Source of the DNA: Bigelowiella natans CCMP2755
Taxonomy: Eukaryota; Protista; Cercozoa
Assembly (NCBI GenBank): GCA_000320545.1
Contig: ADNK01000631.1
Coordinates: 62,001-126,000, forward strand
Direction: 5' to 3'
DNA: 64,000 bases
This document shows, in pieces, positions 51,703 through 64,000 of the stretch (positions are counted from its first letter, which is position 1; every line of letters begins with the position of its first letter). The notes beneath the pieces are model-generated. The model searched no databases, was not told the origin of the DNA, and was given only the letters and a program-made list of their open reading frames with translations. A program made the translations under genes and the position numbers.

Positions 51703-53644
51703 ATATCCACATGATGGAGCTCTCTCCCAATCCCTCGGCAGCATTAACAGTAGCGGACCAATTTGTGGAGGGGGGGGGGATAGTTCCCGACTCAGGACAT
51801 TTGATCCACATGGCTTCTCATATTGACATGTGGGTTGGCAACTACAATCGAGCTGTCAGGGCAAATGCTCTCGCATTCAAGACGGACGAGAAGTAAGTAG
51901 TACCTCTCGTCGTTTGTGGAAGCTGGCCAGCTTGGCTGCTGCATCTCTTCTTTTATGCTTAAGATTGTCAACAAACTCTAAATGTCACACTCATCCCTAC
52001 CGTGGGTTATTTTTAGAAAAGTCCTTTTGCATTTCTTTTTAACCATTTTCCTTCACAATGTAATTCCAATCCTTCGACTTAACAATCCCATTCATTCACT
52101 GCTAGTTCTATGAGAACATTTTAACGACCCCCCACCCCCCCCCCCCCCCCCCCCCCCCCTTCCTTATCACTGCTTGTATTTTGGGGATAGATACGTCAAA
52201 ATCTCTGGGTGTAGCGGGGGAGTGTACCTTGCATATAGAATGCACAATCTCCATTTTCTAGTTTGGGCAGCCATGTTTGATGGTCAGTCCCGCATGGCTA
52301 TCAAGTCAGTACCTCCTCTGTTTGCCTTACTACTCTACTACTACTACCACCACTACTACCACTACTTTCGAATATTATCCTCCACGAGTATCTCACCATT
52401 TCAATTGCTGCTACTTACTCACTTATCGTGTAGACATGCGCGCGAGATCCAGAGGCAATTAACTGAGCAGGTGCTGAGAGAATCAGGGATGGTACAATAC
52501 CTCGAGGCGTTCACCATACAAATACTCATGGTGTTCATTCGGTTTGGAATGTGGGACAGAATTCTTGCGGAGAAAATTCCGACCGACGAGGAAACCTGGG
52601 CAACGCTCATGGCCACGACGTACTACGCAAGGGGAATGGCGTTTGCGGCTAAGGGGGAGGTGGAAAAGGCTCAGGCAGAGTATCAACGCTTCAAAAAGAT
52701 GCTGAACGATAGCCAAGTGTAATCTTCTCTTTCTCTCTCTCTCTCTTTCCCTCTCTCTTCCTCACCCCCCTCCATTCTTCTAATCACCGCTTTCGTTGTT
52801 ATTATTAGTTTTTTTTTATTTTTTTTTAAATAACTTTTTCATTACTCAGTGCTGATCGCTAGTGTGAATCAGGCTTGGAGGGCGCTGGCTGCACAACAAC
52901 AAGTTGGCGGACCAGACTGGAGAGCACGTTGGAATTCTCAACGTTGGTGAGGCACTGCTGCAAGGCGAGATCCTTTACCGCAAGGGCAGCTACCCAGCGG
53001 CGTGGAAGATGCTATCGGAGGCAGTGAAACGCGATCACGCGCTGCCATACGATGAGCCCTGGGGATGGATGCAGCCCACGAGACATGCTCTTGGCGCTCT
53101 GCTGTGCGAGCAGAAGCATTTTGAGAAGGCGCGTCAGGTGTTTGAGGAAGATCTGAAGATGTGGCCGAATAACCTGTGGTCGTTGCACGGCATGGCGGCC
53201 TGCGAAAAGCGCCTAGGAAATGAGAATCTTGCATGCGAATTCTCCAAAAGGTACAAAGTGGCAGCGGCCAGAATGGATGTCCCCATGATCAACGCCTGCT
53301 TCTGTGCACGCGGGAGTGGGATGGAGGACGGGGAGGGCAGGGAAATCGGTTGCAAGGAGAGTGAGAAGGAAGAGCAGGACACAAAAAATGAGGAGGATCC
53401 TGGTAGAATGGACAACACTGATGCAGCATGTAAAGGTGATGAAGGAAACAGCGGTACTTCAGCAGTTAAGGCTGATATTTGTGTAGACGACAGTAGCAGC
53501 AGCAGCAGTTTGAGAAAGGTCTACATTAGGGAAGAGGGTAGGGAGAACAGTAGTAGTGGAGATAATGCTGAGGAGGAGGCAAATCCGTCACAGTTATCGC
53601 TCACAGATAAGAAGAAGGAAAAAGAAAATGAAGAATCTCAATAA
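50099..53644 (+). CDS. TPR-repeat protein of the conserved bacterial/fungal His-motif family, multi-exon
   Basis: Motifs WYNRGLRWCFGFNHEEAVRCFENAL...CPMIYWGIG, YLYIEALM...AWKLW, HPGLGHL|YIHMMELS, PDSGHLIHMASHIDMWVGNY, YRMHNLHFLVWAAMFDGQ, LPYDEPWGWMQPTRHALGALL and WPNNLWSLHG. Confidence 0.85.
52135..52159. repeat. Poly-C run in a TPR-gene intron
   Basis: 25 consecutive C. Confidence 0.95.
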
Positions 53645-54521
53645 AATGAATATAACAGAAATAGTAAGCCTTGGATTCATTGGAGTTACGGAAAGGGTTA
53701 GTATTGAGAGTGGCAGTTGCCAGTAGGTCCCGTCAACAGCTCTTACTTCAATAACATCTTTCGTCCACTAATTACGAGCTGAGAGCTATCATCATAGTTC
53801 ACGACGAGTTCTTAGAAGACATCATATCATTTCATGTTGCTGATGTAGTATCGGCCTTTCACTATTTTGTCGTTATGCTGCAAACGATATATGTGTCAAT
53901 CAACATGCATGTCCCGTTGCCATGTGTGTTATGATGTTAAGCACTTAACAAATACCATAATTCATATATTCATACCTTTGTTACTGGAATATATGTTACC
54001 TAATACGCAAATTTATGCGTAAAATTGCAGCATGTGAAGGCTGAAGGTCTATTATGTCTGTGCACATTTTGGCTCAAATCACTTTCTAGCTTTGGTTACT
54101 ATCGATGTAATTAATCAGCGTTGTACGTCTTGTGCGCCATGATGTGCCTGTGGCGCAACTAGGGGTCCTTTGTTCCAGGAATTATGAGCGTTAATGTCGT
54201 ACATATCTAGATATGATACCGTACTGATATGACGAAATGAACATTTCTGGCCTATCATTTACATTCCAGCATTACTTACAAGCTGGCCTGTGGCCTGAGC
54301 TTTTACAATTGAAGCCGCTTTGTTGAAATATATATTTGCTTGCAACTAATGCACGGCACACACACAATGCACACACACAAACTAGCATGTGCAAAAGTCC
54401 TACTGCAGACAGTATTTTGGCGTCTATCTGCACTACAAAGCCCGAGTGAACAAATCGATCTCGCTGTGGTCCAGCGCTCCGCGAGGAAGTGTTCACAGAA
54501 TCTGTGACAGATGCAAGCGAA

Positions 54522-54719
54522 TCATATGATGCTACATTGTGGGCGAGGTGAATTCTCCTCAGATGTACTGCCATCTCTACCACCATCATTCGTTGCTCTA
54601 GGAGAATAGGGACATTCATTAGTTTCATGCCATATGCATCTGCAGTTTTTGCAACGAGTCTTGGGTTCTGGTGGCACGTGTGCAGCCTCTTGTTTTCCAG
54701 TCACCTAGTTTCGAGCAGT

Positions 54720-54762
<43 letters not shown>

Positions 54763-56337
54763 GAGAGATGAAGATGGAATGAGAAAGAAACAAAGGGCGT
54801 GGTCGGATGTCCACTGAAGAGAAAGTACTCGGGAAAATATAACACAAGGCTCAACCTCAAGATTCTGGCATTTTGCAATGAAATTCAACGCGCAATCACA
54901 AATGCCCATTCCTTCATTTGAGACGGCCCACCATGCTTCATGATCCTGATCAATACCTTGTAAATTGTAACATGCTTATTGATGTGAAGGAATTCATGAC
55001 ATCTTCATGGTAACCTTGATCGATAATCCAAAGGTCCGACTTTCCGCCTTGCTTCTCATATTCTGCGATAAACCTCTTTGATTCCGTGTAAGGTATAGTC
55101 CTATCCTCTTTACCTAGAACAGTCGAAACATGTAATGCAAGAGAGAAGCAAAGCTTTTTAATAAAACCTAGTCATTTATACGGTTCTTACTACCGTGGAT
55201 AGCAAGAATCGACGGGGACTCCTTGTTTATCGAATATTCTTTTTTGCCCTTGTAGCTCGCGTAGACCTCCCACACAAGAGGTGTTCCCCAAAGGCAAACC
55301 ACAGTATGGACTTTTTGCTTAAGCTCTTTTCTGTCGCCGGAGAGAGCGATGTCGCATTCAAAGAAATCGCGCCCACTGGCTAGGCCTGTTGTAGTAGCCA
55401 GCGCCGCTCCCGCCGACTCACCAAGTACTGTAACTCGTCCCATATCCAAGTTGAATTTCTCTGAATTATCTGCCAGAAAACGCAGTGCTAATCTAGCATC
55501 ACGGGCCCCAGTAAAGGCAGGTCTAAGTTGTTTATATGCCCACTCGTTCAGAGAGCCATCAGCGTTGGTGAAAAATTTCTTCCCGTGTTCGTCCCAGTCT
55601 TTTGGAACCTTTTCAAGAAAGCACTCATTGTAGGGAAAGCACGGGAATTATGGATGTTGGCTCATTCTCTCGCAACCTCATGTAAAATTGAGATGCTATG
55701 GTTGTTGATGTTGTTGTTTTTGATGATGATGATGTTGTTGTTGTGCCAGAAAACAGGATGTAATACCAAACTCTCTGCGGGGCCAAGACTGTAGTCGATA
55801 GACAAGACCGCAAATCCTCTCGATGCGAAATATCTAGCTGCATCCACAATCTCGGGTGCTGACTTTGTCCCAGCTTGAAATCCGCCTCCATGGATGAGTA
55901 GGATCACAGGCATTTTGCTGCCTTCTTTGGCATCATTCTTTGGGATGTAGCCATCTCCACGCAGCTCAACTTCCTCCCCCTTCTTGGATCCCCAGCCAGT
56001 ATTGTGCTGAGCCAATCCTTTTGTGCAACAATTAATCTGAGCTAGACGCTTATTCCTACTCATTTCAGACGGTTGGAGTGTTTTGCTACCATAAACGAGG
56101 TCTTCATGCACCTCAACCTCGTACGCCTCTATCGCCGAAATCTCCATTGCAGGGAAGATCTATCCTTGTGAGTTATGGTGTGTCTTACTCTGATGGTCTT
56201 ATTAGAGCACGTTACAGACGGTTACAGCACTACGATTTTTACAGGAGAGAAATGGAGGTGAACAGGGAAAACAACCAAGAGATATGGTGCCATAAGTTCC
56301 CACATTTTCTAAGTTTGTCGTCCTTGTTAAACGCCAT
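54522..56337 (-). CDS. Alpha/beta hydrolase (GDXG/HSL-like carboxylesterase), multi-exon
   Basis: Oxyanion motif PVILLIHGGGF, RGFAVLSIDY, nucleophile motif VTVLGESAGA, ILAIHG..EDRTIP (Asp) and DHEAWW (candidate His). Both ends approximate. Confidence 0.85.
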
Positions 56338-56687
56338 CGTTTTTCGGCGTGATATGACGAGAGAGATGGATTTATTTGGGATTATTTGCATGTTGCACGT
56401 GCAGAGTTTGCGCCACTTCTCTCTCTCTCCTCTCTGATAACGTGTGGCTGCAGGCAGCCAACGGCGAGTTTTGAGTTTTGGTTGGTCAGACGGCCCTAAT
56501 TTCCTCAGAATTCTCTCCCAATAGCCAGTCGCAACACACAGTTCCATTGCATTCACCGTAAACGAGCCAGAAGAAATGGCGCCTGCCCGCTGACTCCTCT
56601 CGGAACTTATCGTGCTATCGGGCAAACTTAGGGCTACGAGAACAAAACAGGGCGGGCACGCATAGATTAGGCATCGTAAAGCGCAGC

Positions 56688-57706
56688 ATGCGAGCAACAG
56701 TGAGGGCACTGGCCATACTGACGGTCACTGTGACGTCGTCGTCGATGCTAATGCCAGCCTCGCCGTACAGAAGGCCTTCCTCACCATCGGTGCCACCTGT
56801 AAGCAAGGCAGGCCGAATTTCCTTCGGATCTAACTCGAAAGCACCTTCATGGAGCCCACAAGATTCACAGCAGCTGGTCGATACTACCCCTGCTTTGAGA
56901 AGGATCCTGTCGCAGACAGGCATGCCCAGGACCAGACGTTCGGTGCGGCTGAACGCCGTCACCGAGAGGCAGGGGAAAATGGACATGAGAGGAGGGGGGG
57001 GTGGAGGAACAACGGGTGCTGAGTCTATGTTGCTAGCTACTGCCATCCTGTGGGGCACATATCCTCCAGCCCTCAAGGTCCTCTTCGCGCAGGAAGGAGC
57101 ACCTACGGATCCGCTTCTGATTTGTGCTGTTCGCTTTGCCATCATGGCCACTGCTGCATCTTTCACCTTTGTCCCTCTACGCGATGTTGGATCGAAGGTT
57201 CGTATCATTGGGCCCCTTTGCCTTGAATTCGTGCTATGCCTGATCCTTTGACTTCTGTTGGTCGTTATTTTTTTTATTCTCGCTGATTACGTATTCTCCC
57301 TCCTCCTCCCAAAACATGTTTTCTTGCCCCTGCCTCATCGTATTAGGTTCTATCCGGAAGGGCGGGACTGGCAGCCTTTGAATTGGGCGCATTGGGAGTT
57401 GCAGGAACACTTCTGAATACTGCGAGTTTAGCCAGCACCTCCGCTATTCGCGTGGCAATCCTGCTTTCTCTTGTCAATGTCTTCACACCATTACTTGCAG
57501 CTCTTGTCGGTAAAACAGCTGAAGAACGCACAGTCAAAGTGCCATCCATAATCGCCTGCATCATGGCCCTGTTCTCGACGTTATACGCTCTCAGCGACAA
57601 GGGAGCTGGTGGAGACTCACTGGGTATCGATGGATTGACACTCGGAGACCTTGAGGCCATGGCTGCCGCTTTTGCTTACTCATCCACAAAAGTAGATTCT
57701 GCATCT

Positions 57707-57744
<38 letters not shown>

Positions 57745-58271
57745 CAGACAGACATATATTTATATATTTGCATATGCATTATAATGAGATGTGACAATTC
57801 CGTGGATTTCGCATGCTGCATGTGAAGAAAACTCGCTTCATCATCTCACCATCCGTGTGGACCGACAACCAACATCAGGTTAGGCTCGGCTCATTAACAA
57901 AGGAGATCGATGCTCCCAGCCTCAACTCCGGCCGTTTCCTTGGACAAGGAATCATAGCGTGTGCTGTTCTAGCTGCACACTTACTGACCACACAGACTTC
58001 ACTACAATCAGAATGGCCCCATAGCAACGACCTGTCCCAATGGGCAATTTTGGCGTTCACGGCGCTGATATCAGGCATGCTATCCTCCATCCTACAGGCA
58101 AAAGGGCAGCAAACCGTTACACCCGCGGTAGCACAGCCGATTTTCTCTACGGTGACAGTGTGGAGCACGGTGTTCTCCGCTCTCGTCCTGCATGAAACCA
58201 TAACTCCAAGTGAGATAGTTGGAGGACTCGGGATCGTTGCCGCGTCGTTAGTTAATTCTCTCAGAATCTAG
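56688..58271 (+). CDS. EamA/DMT-family transporter with signal peptide plus S/R-rich transit-like leader (probably plastid-targeted), 3 exons
   Basis: Motifs MLLATAILWGTYPPALK...AVRFAI, TSAIRVAILLSLVNVFTPLLA, GLTLGDLEAMAAA and LQAKGQQTVTPAVAQPIFSTVTVWSTVFSALVLHETIT...GG. The leader of about 90 aa is rich in S, R and P. Confidence 0.85.
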
Positions 58272-58403
58272 CACCTTACACTAACTAATAGCTTGAGAGC
58301 TTGGCCGCTTATGCTGTACGTTATTACTGGGAGTGCGTGAATAATCGTTTGAGTGAGAAACTGGGAGAAACTCTGAATTAGCGATAATGAAATATGTATT
58401 TAT

Positions 58404-58442
<39 letters not shown>

Positions 58443-59317
58443 TAAAAACTTAAATGAGAAATCGCAATATAGTTGTTGTTATAGAGTAAGGGTTCAGAAT
58501 TCTGATTCCTGTATCATTATGAAGCGGGATATCGGCATGCCATTATAAGCATGCAAGAATTCTGTATCTCCGGATGTAAAAGTTAATGATTAATAAATTG
58601 TCAATACATATTCAAGCGTATCTTACCGTTCCTGAAGAGATACCCATCCATTAAGACAAATATTTAGCTGCAGTTACGTATTCACAGCGGACACGGTCTT
58701 CCGCGCGCGCAGCATATATTTCGTGGCATTTATCAATCTGACCGACTATGTTCTGTACAGCAGACATTGTTCCGCTATCATGACCGTGGACGCAATTGAA
58801 TCAGCACTACGATGACACGATGGCAACGTGGAGCACGCGCGCGAGCCCACATGCGATATACATGCAGGCGCGCAATTGCATGCATATGCAAGCAGTGCGT
58901 ATCTGTAACAAGGCTAGCTAGGTGTGGGTCGCGGCATGACGTGGCTCGCCGCCTCTCTGCAGCTGCATTCAACTATCTCACCAACATTTTACTAGCACAC
59001 GTTCTCTATGCTGTTATTAACGCATTTCATGTTGCGGGTTAGTTCATGCAAAGCTCGTGCTCTCCTCAATCGCCCACATATAGCACTGTACATATAGCAC
59101 CGCAGCTATATGGCAACGCATATTATGTGCACTAAATCATCATTTCACGCCCATCGATGCAATATGTGTATAAAGCATCTCGATATTATCAATATCCCTA
59201 AAGCAGTGCATATTATTTAGACATGCCATCTCTGCTGCAGAGTAATGAGTAATGTGGAATACTCCATCACGCTTATTGCCAACACATGTATATACCTCAT
59301 AAAATACTACAAAGCTG

Positions 59318-59826
59318 TCAGCTCATCATCCGGAGATTGAGGATTGTCATCAGTGGATCGAAATGAGTCCCAAAGCTGAAGCAGCCTACACCCCCGCCGA
59401 CAGCCATGATTCTTGCATGCGACTCTTTGCAGCTTCCACGGGCTGACCGCGTAGGTACTTTTGGTGGCTGTAGGCCATGAAGCTGAACTCGAATCAAAGA
59501 CAGATTCTTAAAACTGAAAGGGAAGCTGTTTTTATCAATACTATCATTAGATAGTGATATTTCAGCTTCTTTCCACTCGAAACTCTCGGGTAGGAAGCAT
59601 TTAGCTCTTGGCTGCTGTTGTGCATCTTCTATCCTTGTCAACTCATCGTGAGGACGGACCCCACCAACGACGACCAAACGCCAGCGCATGTCCGAAAACT
59701 GAAGACAATATACCGTACCATTCGCCCCAAAATACATGTGTTGACTTGCAAACACAAACACACAAACACACACACACACACACACACACATACACACACA
59801 CACACACATACAAACACACAAACACA

Positions 59827-59871
<45 letters not shown>

Positions 59872-60765
59872 AAACACACGCGCGCGCGCACACACACTAC
59901 CGATCTCTTTGGGTGGATATAGCTGTCCACCATATTGGCAACACCCACTCCACACATATCGGAAAGGCTGCTTTTCATCACCACTATCATCATCTACGTC
60001 ATCATCATCATCATCATCATCATCCTCATCATGATAAACTTATCATCACCTGCGCCCAGCATGCTCCATGTGAGTACACAGCTGCCATGCCTGGTATCCG
60101 AATGGTCGAAATATGGAAGAGACTACCATTGCTGCCCTCCCCCCTCACCTGCCCCCTATTTTTCTTTCCTCCTTTGCCAAATTCAATAGAGGTGTCGTAT
60201 TCCAACTTAATCAGAGTAGCACCGGCATCATCAATGGTGGGATCACAGCCTACATCGCGACAATCATCATCGGCAGCCTGCATCCCTCTTTCTCCCTTAC
60301 AAAAGGGCAACTTTCGAGTCTCACGTCCACCAACAACAATACCCATTCCGACCAAAGCCAACTTGTTTCCTTCTCTTTCTTCACCTCCTAGAAATCTGCC
60401 GCTGTGGCTTCTACTGCGGACGGTCCTGTGAAAGCGAGGTGCAAGGATTTCGTGGAGGCTCGGAGGTACCGTGGAGAAGGAAGATGAGAAGGAGGGGGGG
60501 GGCAGTGGCCCCGACACCTAAAGATATGACAGTGATGTGTCACTCGTTACTCATAGTAGTAGTAATAGTAGTAGTAGTAGTAGTAGGTTCTGCTGACAAC
60601 ATCAAGAGATAGTTTCTTCTCGAGGCATAGACTTTGTGAGAGGAGGCATGCACAATAAACGAAGATATCACAAGTGATGAGCTCTGCTTAGCGTGACCAC
60701 TAGTTCGATTTTAGGGGGTTCCAAACTCATTAGATGTTTGTGCAAAAGCGTTAAAGCAAGGGCCG

Positions 60766-60808
<43 letters not shown>

Positions 60809-63800
60809 ATAGGCAACACTTGAATAGTGTCCCTAGAACTACTACGGCTACTCCACTACTATCTCAATATTTTAGTACCACTACATTATTAATGCACATG
60901 CAATCAAACAACAATGACCACCACCTTTGGAGCACGAAGAGACCAGTGCCAACCACCATTCACCCCGTCAGCTCTTCCCTGCAGCTTCACCTGCTTCTCC
61001 TCCTTCGCGCTACTACTTTGTTGTGCCTTTTCTTCTATGCCCCCATTTTCATGCCCCCCCCCCTCCCCCTCCTCCTCCTCTTCCTCCTTCTTCTCTGCGG
61101 TGATAATCAGGGGAGATTGAAGGCTTTGAAAATCTGGCCCTATTCCCCCTAAAAGTACACCAACATGCAACTGCCGTAGCCCTCCGACAGAGGGGAGGGT
61201 GGAGGACCGCGGGGATGAGGAGGATGATGACGGATCGCTCTCTCTCCTATATTCGCTGGTGAAGCTGCTCCTACAACCCACATGCCCAAAGTAGGCAAGC
61301 TGGTGGCGGAAACGACGAATACTGAGTGATGATGGAGACCATGATGACTCGGGTGCTAAAGAATGATAAACAACGGCAAACAGTCTCAGCTGCTGTTGAT
61401 ATATGTGATCTTGTCGTCACCTTCCATCTCCGATGCCTCTCCCTTCCCCCCCTCCATGCTAGAAGGGATGTGAATCGGGTACAGGCGGCAGGGTTGGCCC
61501 TCCACGCACTTGCCCCTCCTACCGTGTACCAGCTCCTCGGGGGGTATCCAGAAGGCCACATCTTCCACAAGACACGCAGGGGCGAAGATCAAGGAGATTC
61601 GAAGCAAAGAGAAAAAAGAAGTAAGGCAGACGTAACGACGGCAACTTAATAAATCCCCATCGACAGCATCAATGAGCATAAGGATTTCTCCGCCCTCAAA
61701 GAAGGGAAACAAGGACACCGAAAAAACGCCATGCTGCTGCGAACAGCTTCGCTCGCTTTGAGCCATCGGATCCGCGCAAAAGTTAGACATGTTCATCATC
61801 GTGACAAGATCGAGGACTCACTGTGAAGATTCGAGGGGTTTCTCCGGCCACCTAGAATCAGGACTCCCACTTCCGCACCAAAGTAAGTAGCAGAGCTATA
61901 CATGTAGTTGAGGCCATCGTAGACGCCTTCTCTGCCCCTCCCTTTCTGTTTGCCGTTGATGATGTTCGCATCATCCAACCGTTGCTTGGATGATGCGAGT
62001 CCTGTCTCTATTGATAATGGAAGGACTTGAACTAAGAGTTTGGGGTGTGTGCTCCTAGGGTTGTTCTTCTCCTCCTCTTCCTCCTCCTCCTCCTCCTCCT
62101 CTTCTTTCCTTTCTCTTATTTCAACCCGGAGGCACGTGTCCCTTGTGCTTTCATTGAGAACAGCGGGGTTCTCACTCGCTCCACCGAAAAGATAAATATC
62201 CGAAGTTCTGCAAAGACCACCAATTGTCCTCCCTTGCTCCCCCGACTCGACAGCACAGCAAGCGCTTCCAAATCGGCCGCCACCAGCTAGGAATGACGAT
62301 TTATCCGGTGCAGGTTTGCTGCTGCTACTTTGGACGTTCACCTCTGGGAAGGAGCGGGATTTCAGCGTAGAAGTGAAGGTTCTACTAGTATCTGCTGTGT
62401 TGACTTGACAGGGATGTGAGGCCATAAACGGCTGCATAGCTGATGAAGGAGGAGCAAACGCCTCTATGCTAATATCAGCTTTCTGAGAAGAAAGAGAAGA
62501 AGCAGCAGTAGCAGGGGCAATATCGTCGCTTGCGTGCTTCTCAGGAACCTGGTAGTTGCTTGCCATACAAATACCTAAAGATCCATAACAGTGTGAAGTT
62601 GGGGAACGTGATGATGATAATAACGATGATGATGCTGATTACGATGATGATGCTGATGATGCTGATGATGCTGATGATGCTGATTGTGCTGATGATGATT
62701 ATGATGCTGCTGCTGCTGATGATGATGAAAAATGGGAAACAGGAATATATGCACTCCATTATCTTGTATGTGTACGCATTCAGGTCGCGCATGTGCCTTA
62801 TTATCATAATTATCATTTCTGATAGTACAGTAATATTTGCAGTGTAGATCAAACTCCTCGTATTCATCAAAGGCCTCTCGACCGTCGTTCTGTGTAGATT
62901 AGTGAGAATATTTTTATCTTGATGAAAGCTGAGTGGTTAAGATGGTGATGTGATGACGACGACGATGATGATCTGGCACTACGGTAAAGCAGGATCATAT
63001 GGTAGTGTTGGAAACGTATTAAATTCGTACTACAGCTACGAGAGCCTTACCAAATAATCTGATTGTAGCTGCAGCTGCTTTGTTAGCTGATGGAACGCCA
63101 CGTCTACCAGCATGCAAGAAGGCGAGCTCCAAAATCTAAGCCAAGAGAAGACGAAGAAGAAGAAGATGAGGATGATGAAACAGATAAAGAATGAATAGAT
63201 TTCCAGCAATTATGCAGACACGAATGGAGAAGTATCATAGAAAGGGAAAAGAGAGAGATTGGGAGAGAGATGTGAAAATTGTGCATTATTAAGTTTCACT
63301 GTATTCATGGATGGCGCTGTGACATCTCTCCTCCTCTTTAATTCCAATGATCAAATACACGCACACACAAACGAATGCACATAAAAACATATAATATACT
63401 ATGCGTGTGCGTTTGTGGGTGGTCGCGGGCATGCGTGTGAGTTCGTGTCATCTCAGAAATCAGACCACCCGTTTTCGCACATCCTTTGTTGTAATTGCCG
63501 GGGGGTTTTGTGATGTATGAAGCCCTGAGGAGGAGGTAAAGAATCACGCAAGACGTCGCATCGACCTCATTTACACACACACACACACACACGCGCACAC
63601 GCACACACGCACACACACAAACACACACACACACACACACTCGCAATCAGCTGCTGCCACGATATCTACCTTGAGGGGAGCGCCTCGAAGTGCGAGAGAC
63701 CTCTTCATGTACATCCCGAAGCACTACATGAAGTGTTCATAGAATAGCGCGGTGATAATGATGGTGAGCGATGATGGTGAGAGAAACGAGTAAGCGGGAC

Positions 63801-64000
63801 GACTACAGAAGATGATATCAAAGGAAGAACATGCAATTGTGCCCTGTTGCTATATCACCCGCACTACTGACTTTTCATCCTCCTCATCACTATCGGAGGA
63901 CGAAGAAGAAGAAGAAGAAGAAGAAGAAGAAGAAGAAGAAGAGGGGGAAGAATACACGAATACTTAAATCGGACATCGTCATCGTCATCCTCGCTGTCGC
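59318..64000 (-). CDS. TYW4: tRNA wybutosine-synthesizing protein 4 / leucine carboxyl methyltransferase 2 (LCM domain + Kelch repeats); 5' end beyond the window
   Basis: LCM-domain exons [18 protein letters not shown] (~63715-63670) and [16 protein letters not shown] (~62885-62830). Kelch-like GG motifs (IYLFGG, LILGGR, IVVGGR, VVVGG). C-terminal [14 protein letters not shown] is typical of LCMT2/PPM2. Confidence 0.85.
59749..59897. repeat. Compound (CA)n/(CACACAAA)n microsatellite in a TYW4 intron
   Basis: Directly visible. Confidence 0.95.
62609..62727. repeat. Degenerate (GAT)/(GCT) trinucleotide repeat in a TYW4 intron
   Basis: Directly visible. Confidence 0.9.

Noticed and set aside
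56980-57010. DMRGGGGGG in the EamA protein as a third LRGG-type motif
   Set aside because: It lacks the Leu and is simply the start of a poly-Gly run.
1-64000. CRISPR arrays, rRNA, tRNA, intact transposons, telomeric repeats
   Set aside because: None recognisable by eye. The repeats present are simple microsatellites. A tRNAscan/Rfam search would be needed to exclude small RNAs.

Overview
This is gene-dense eukaryotic nuclear DNA with GT-AG introns and many microsatellites. It is probably from a protist or alga with a secondary plastid; the signal-anchor and bipartite leaders suggest a chlorarachniophyte-like organism, which is my inference only. About 20 protein genes can be read by hand: an SRPBCC protein, an OGFOD3-like 2OG oxygenase, a PARP-like ADP-ribosyltransferase domain, a cyclophilin, WBP11, an extended-PHD protein, a C2H2 zinc-finger protein, a DOMON-cytochrome b561, an AlkB-family dioxygenase, a probably mitochondrial D-3-phosphoglycerate dehydrogenase, V-ATPase subunit D, a His-motif TPR protein, a GDXG-type hydrolase, an EamA transporter, TYW4/LCMT2, and several hypotheticals. 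Most short ORFs in the supplied track are microsatellite artefacts. The most unusual signal is non-coding. Four islands (about 3.6-5.0, 22.1-22.6, 38.5-39.5 and 46.0-46.6 kb) have almost no TpA and are rich in TpG/CpA, while CpG is retained. In the three strongest islands the surviving TpAs lie mostly in CTAG. This looks like a context-specific TpA->TpG/CpA (A:T->G:C) hypermutation process, opposite in direction to fungal RIP, acting on dead gene copies. The islands sit at the same-strand gene junctions of an otherwise alternating gene order. Exon boundaries and dinucleotide counts were done by eye and are approximate.
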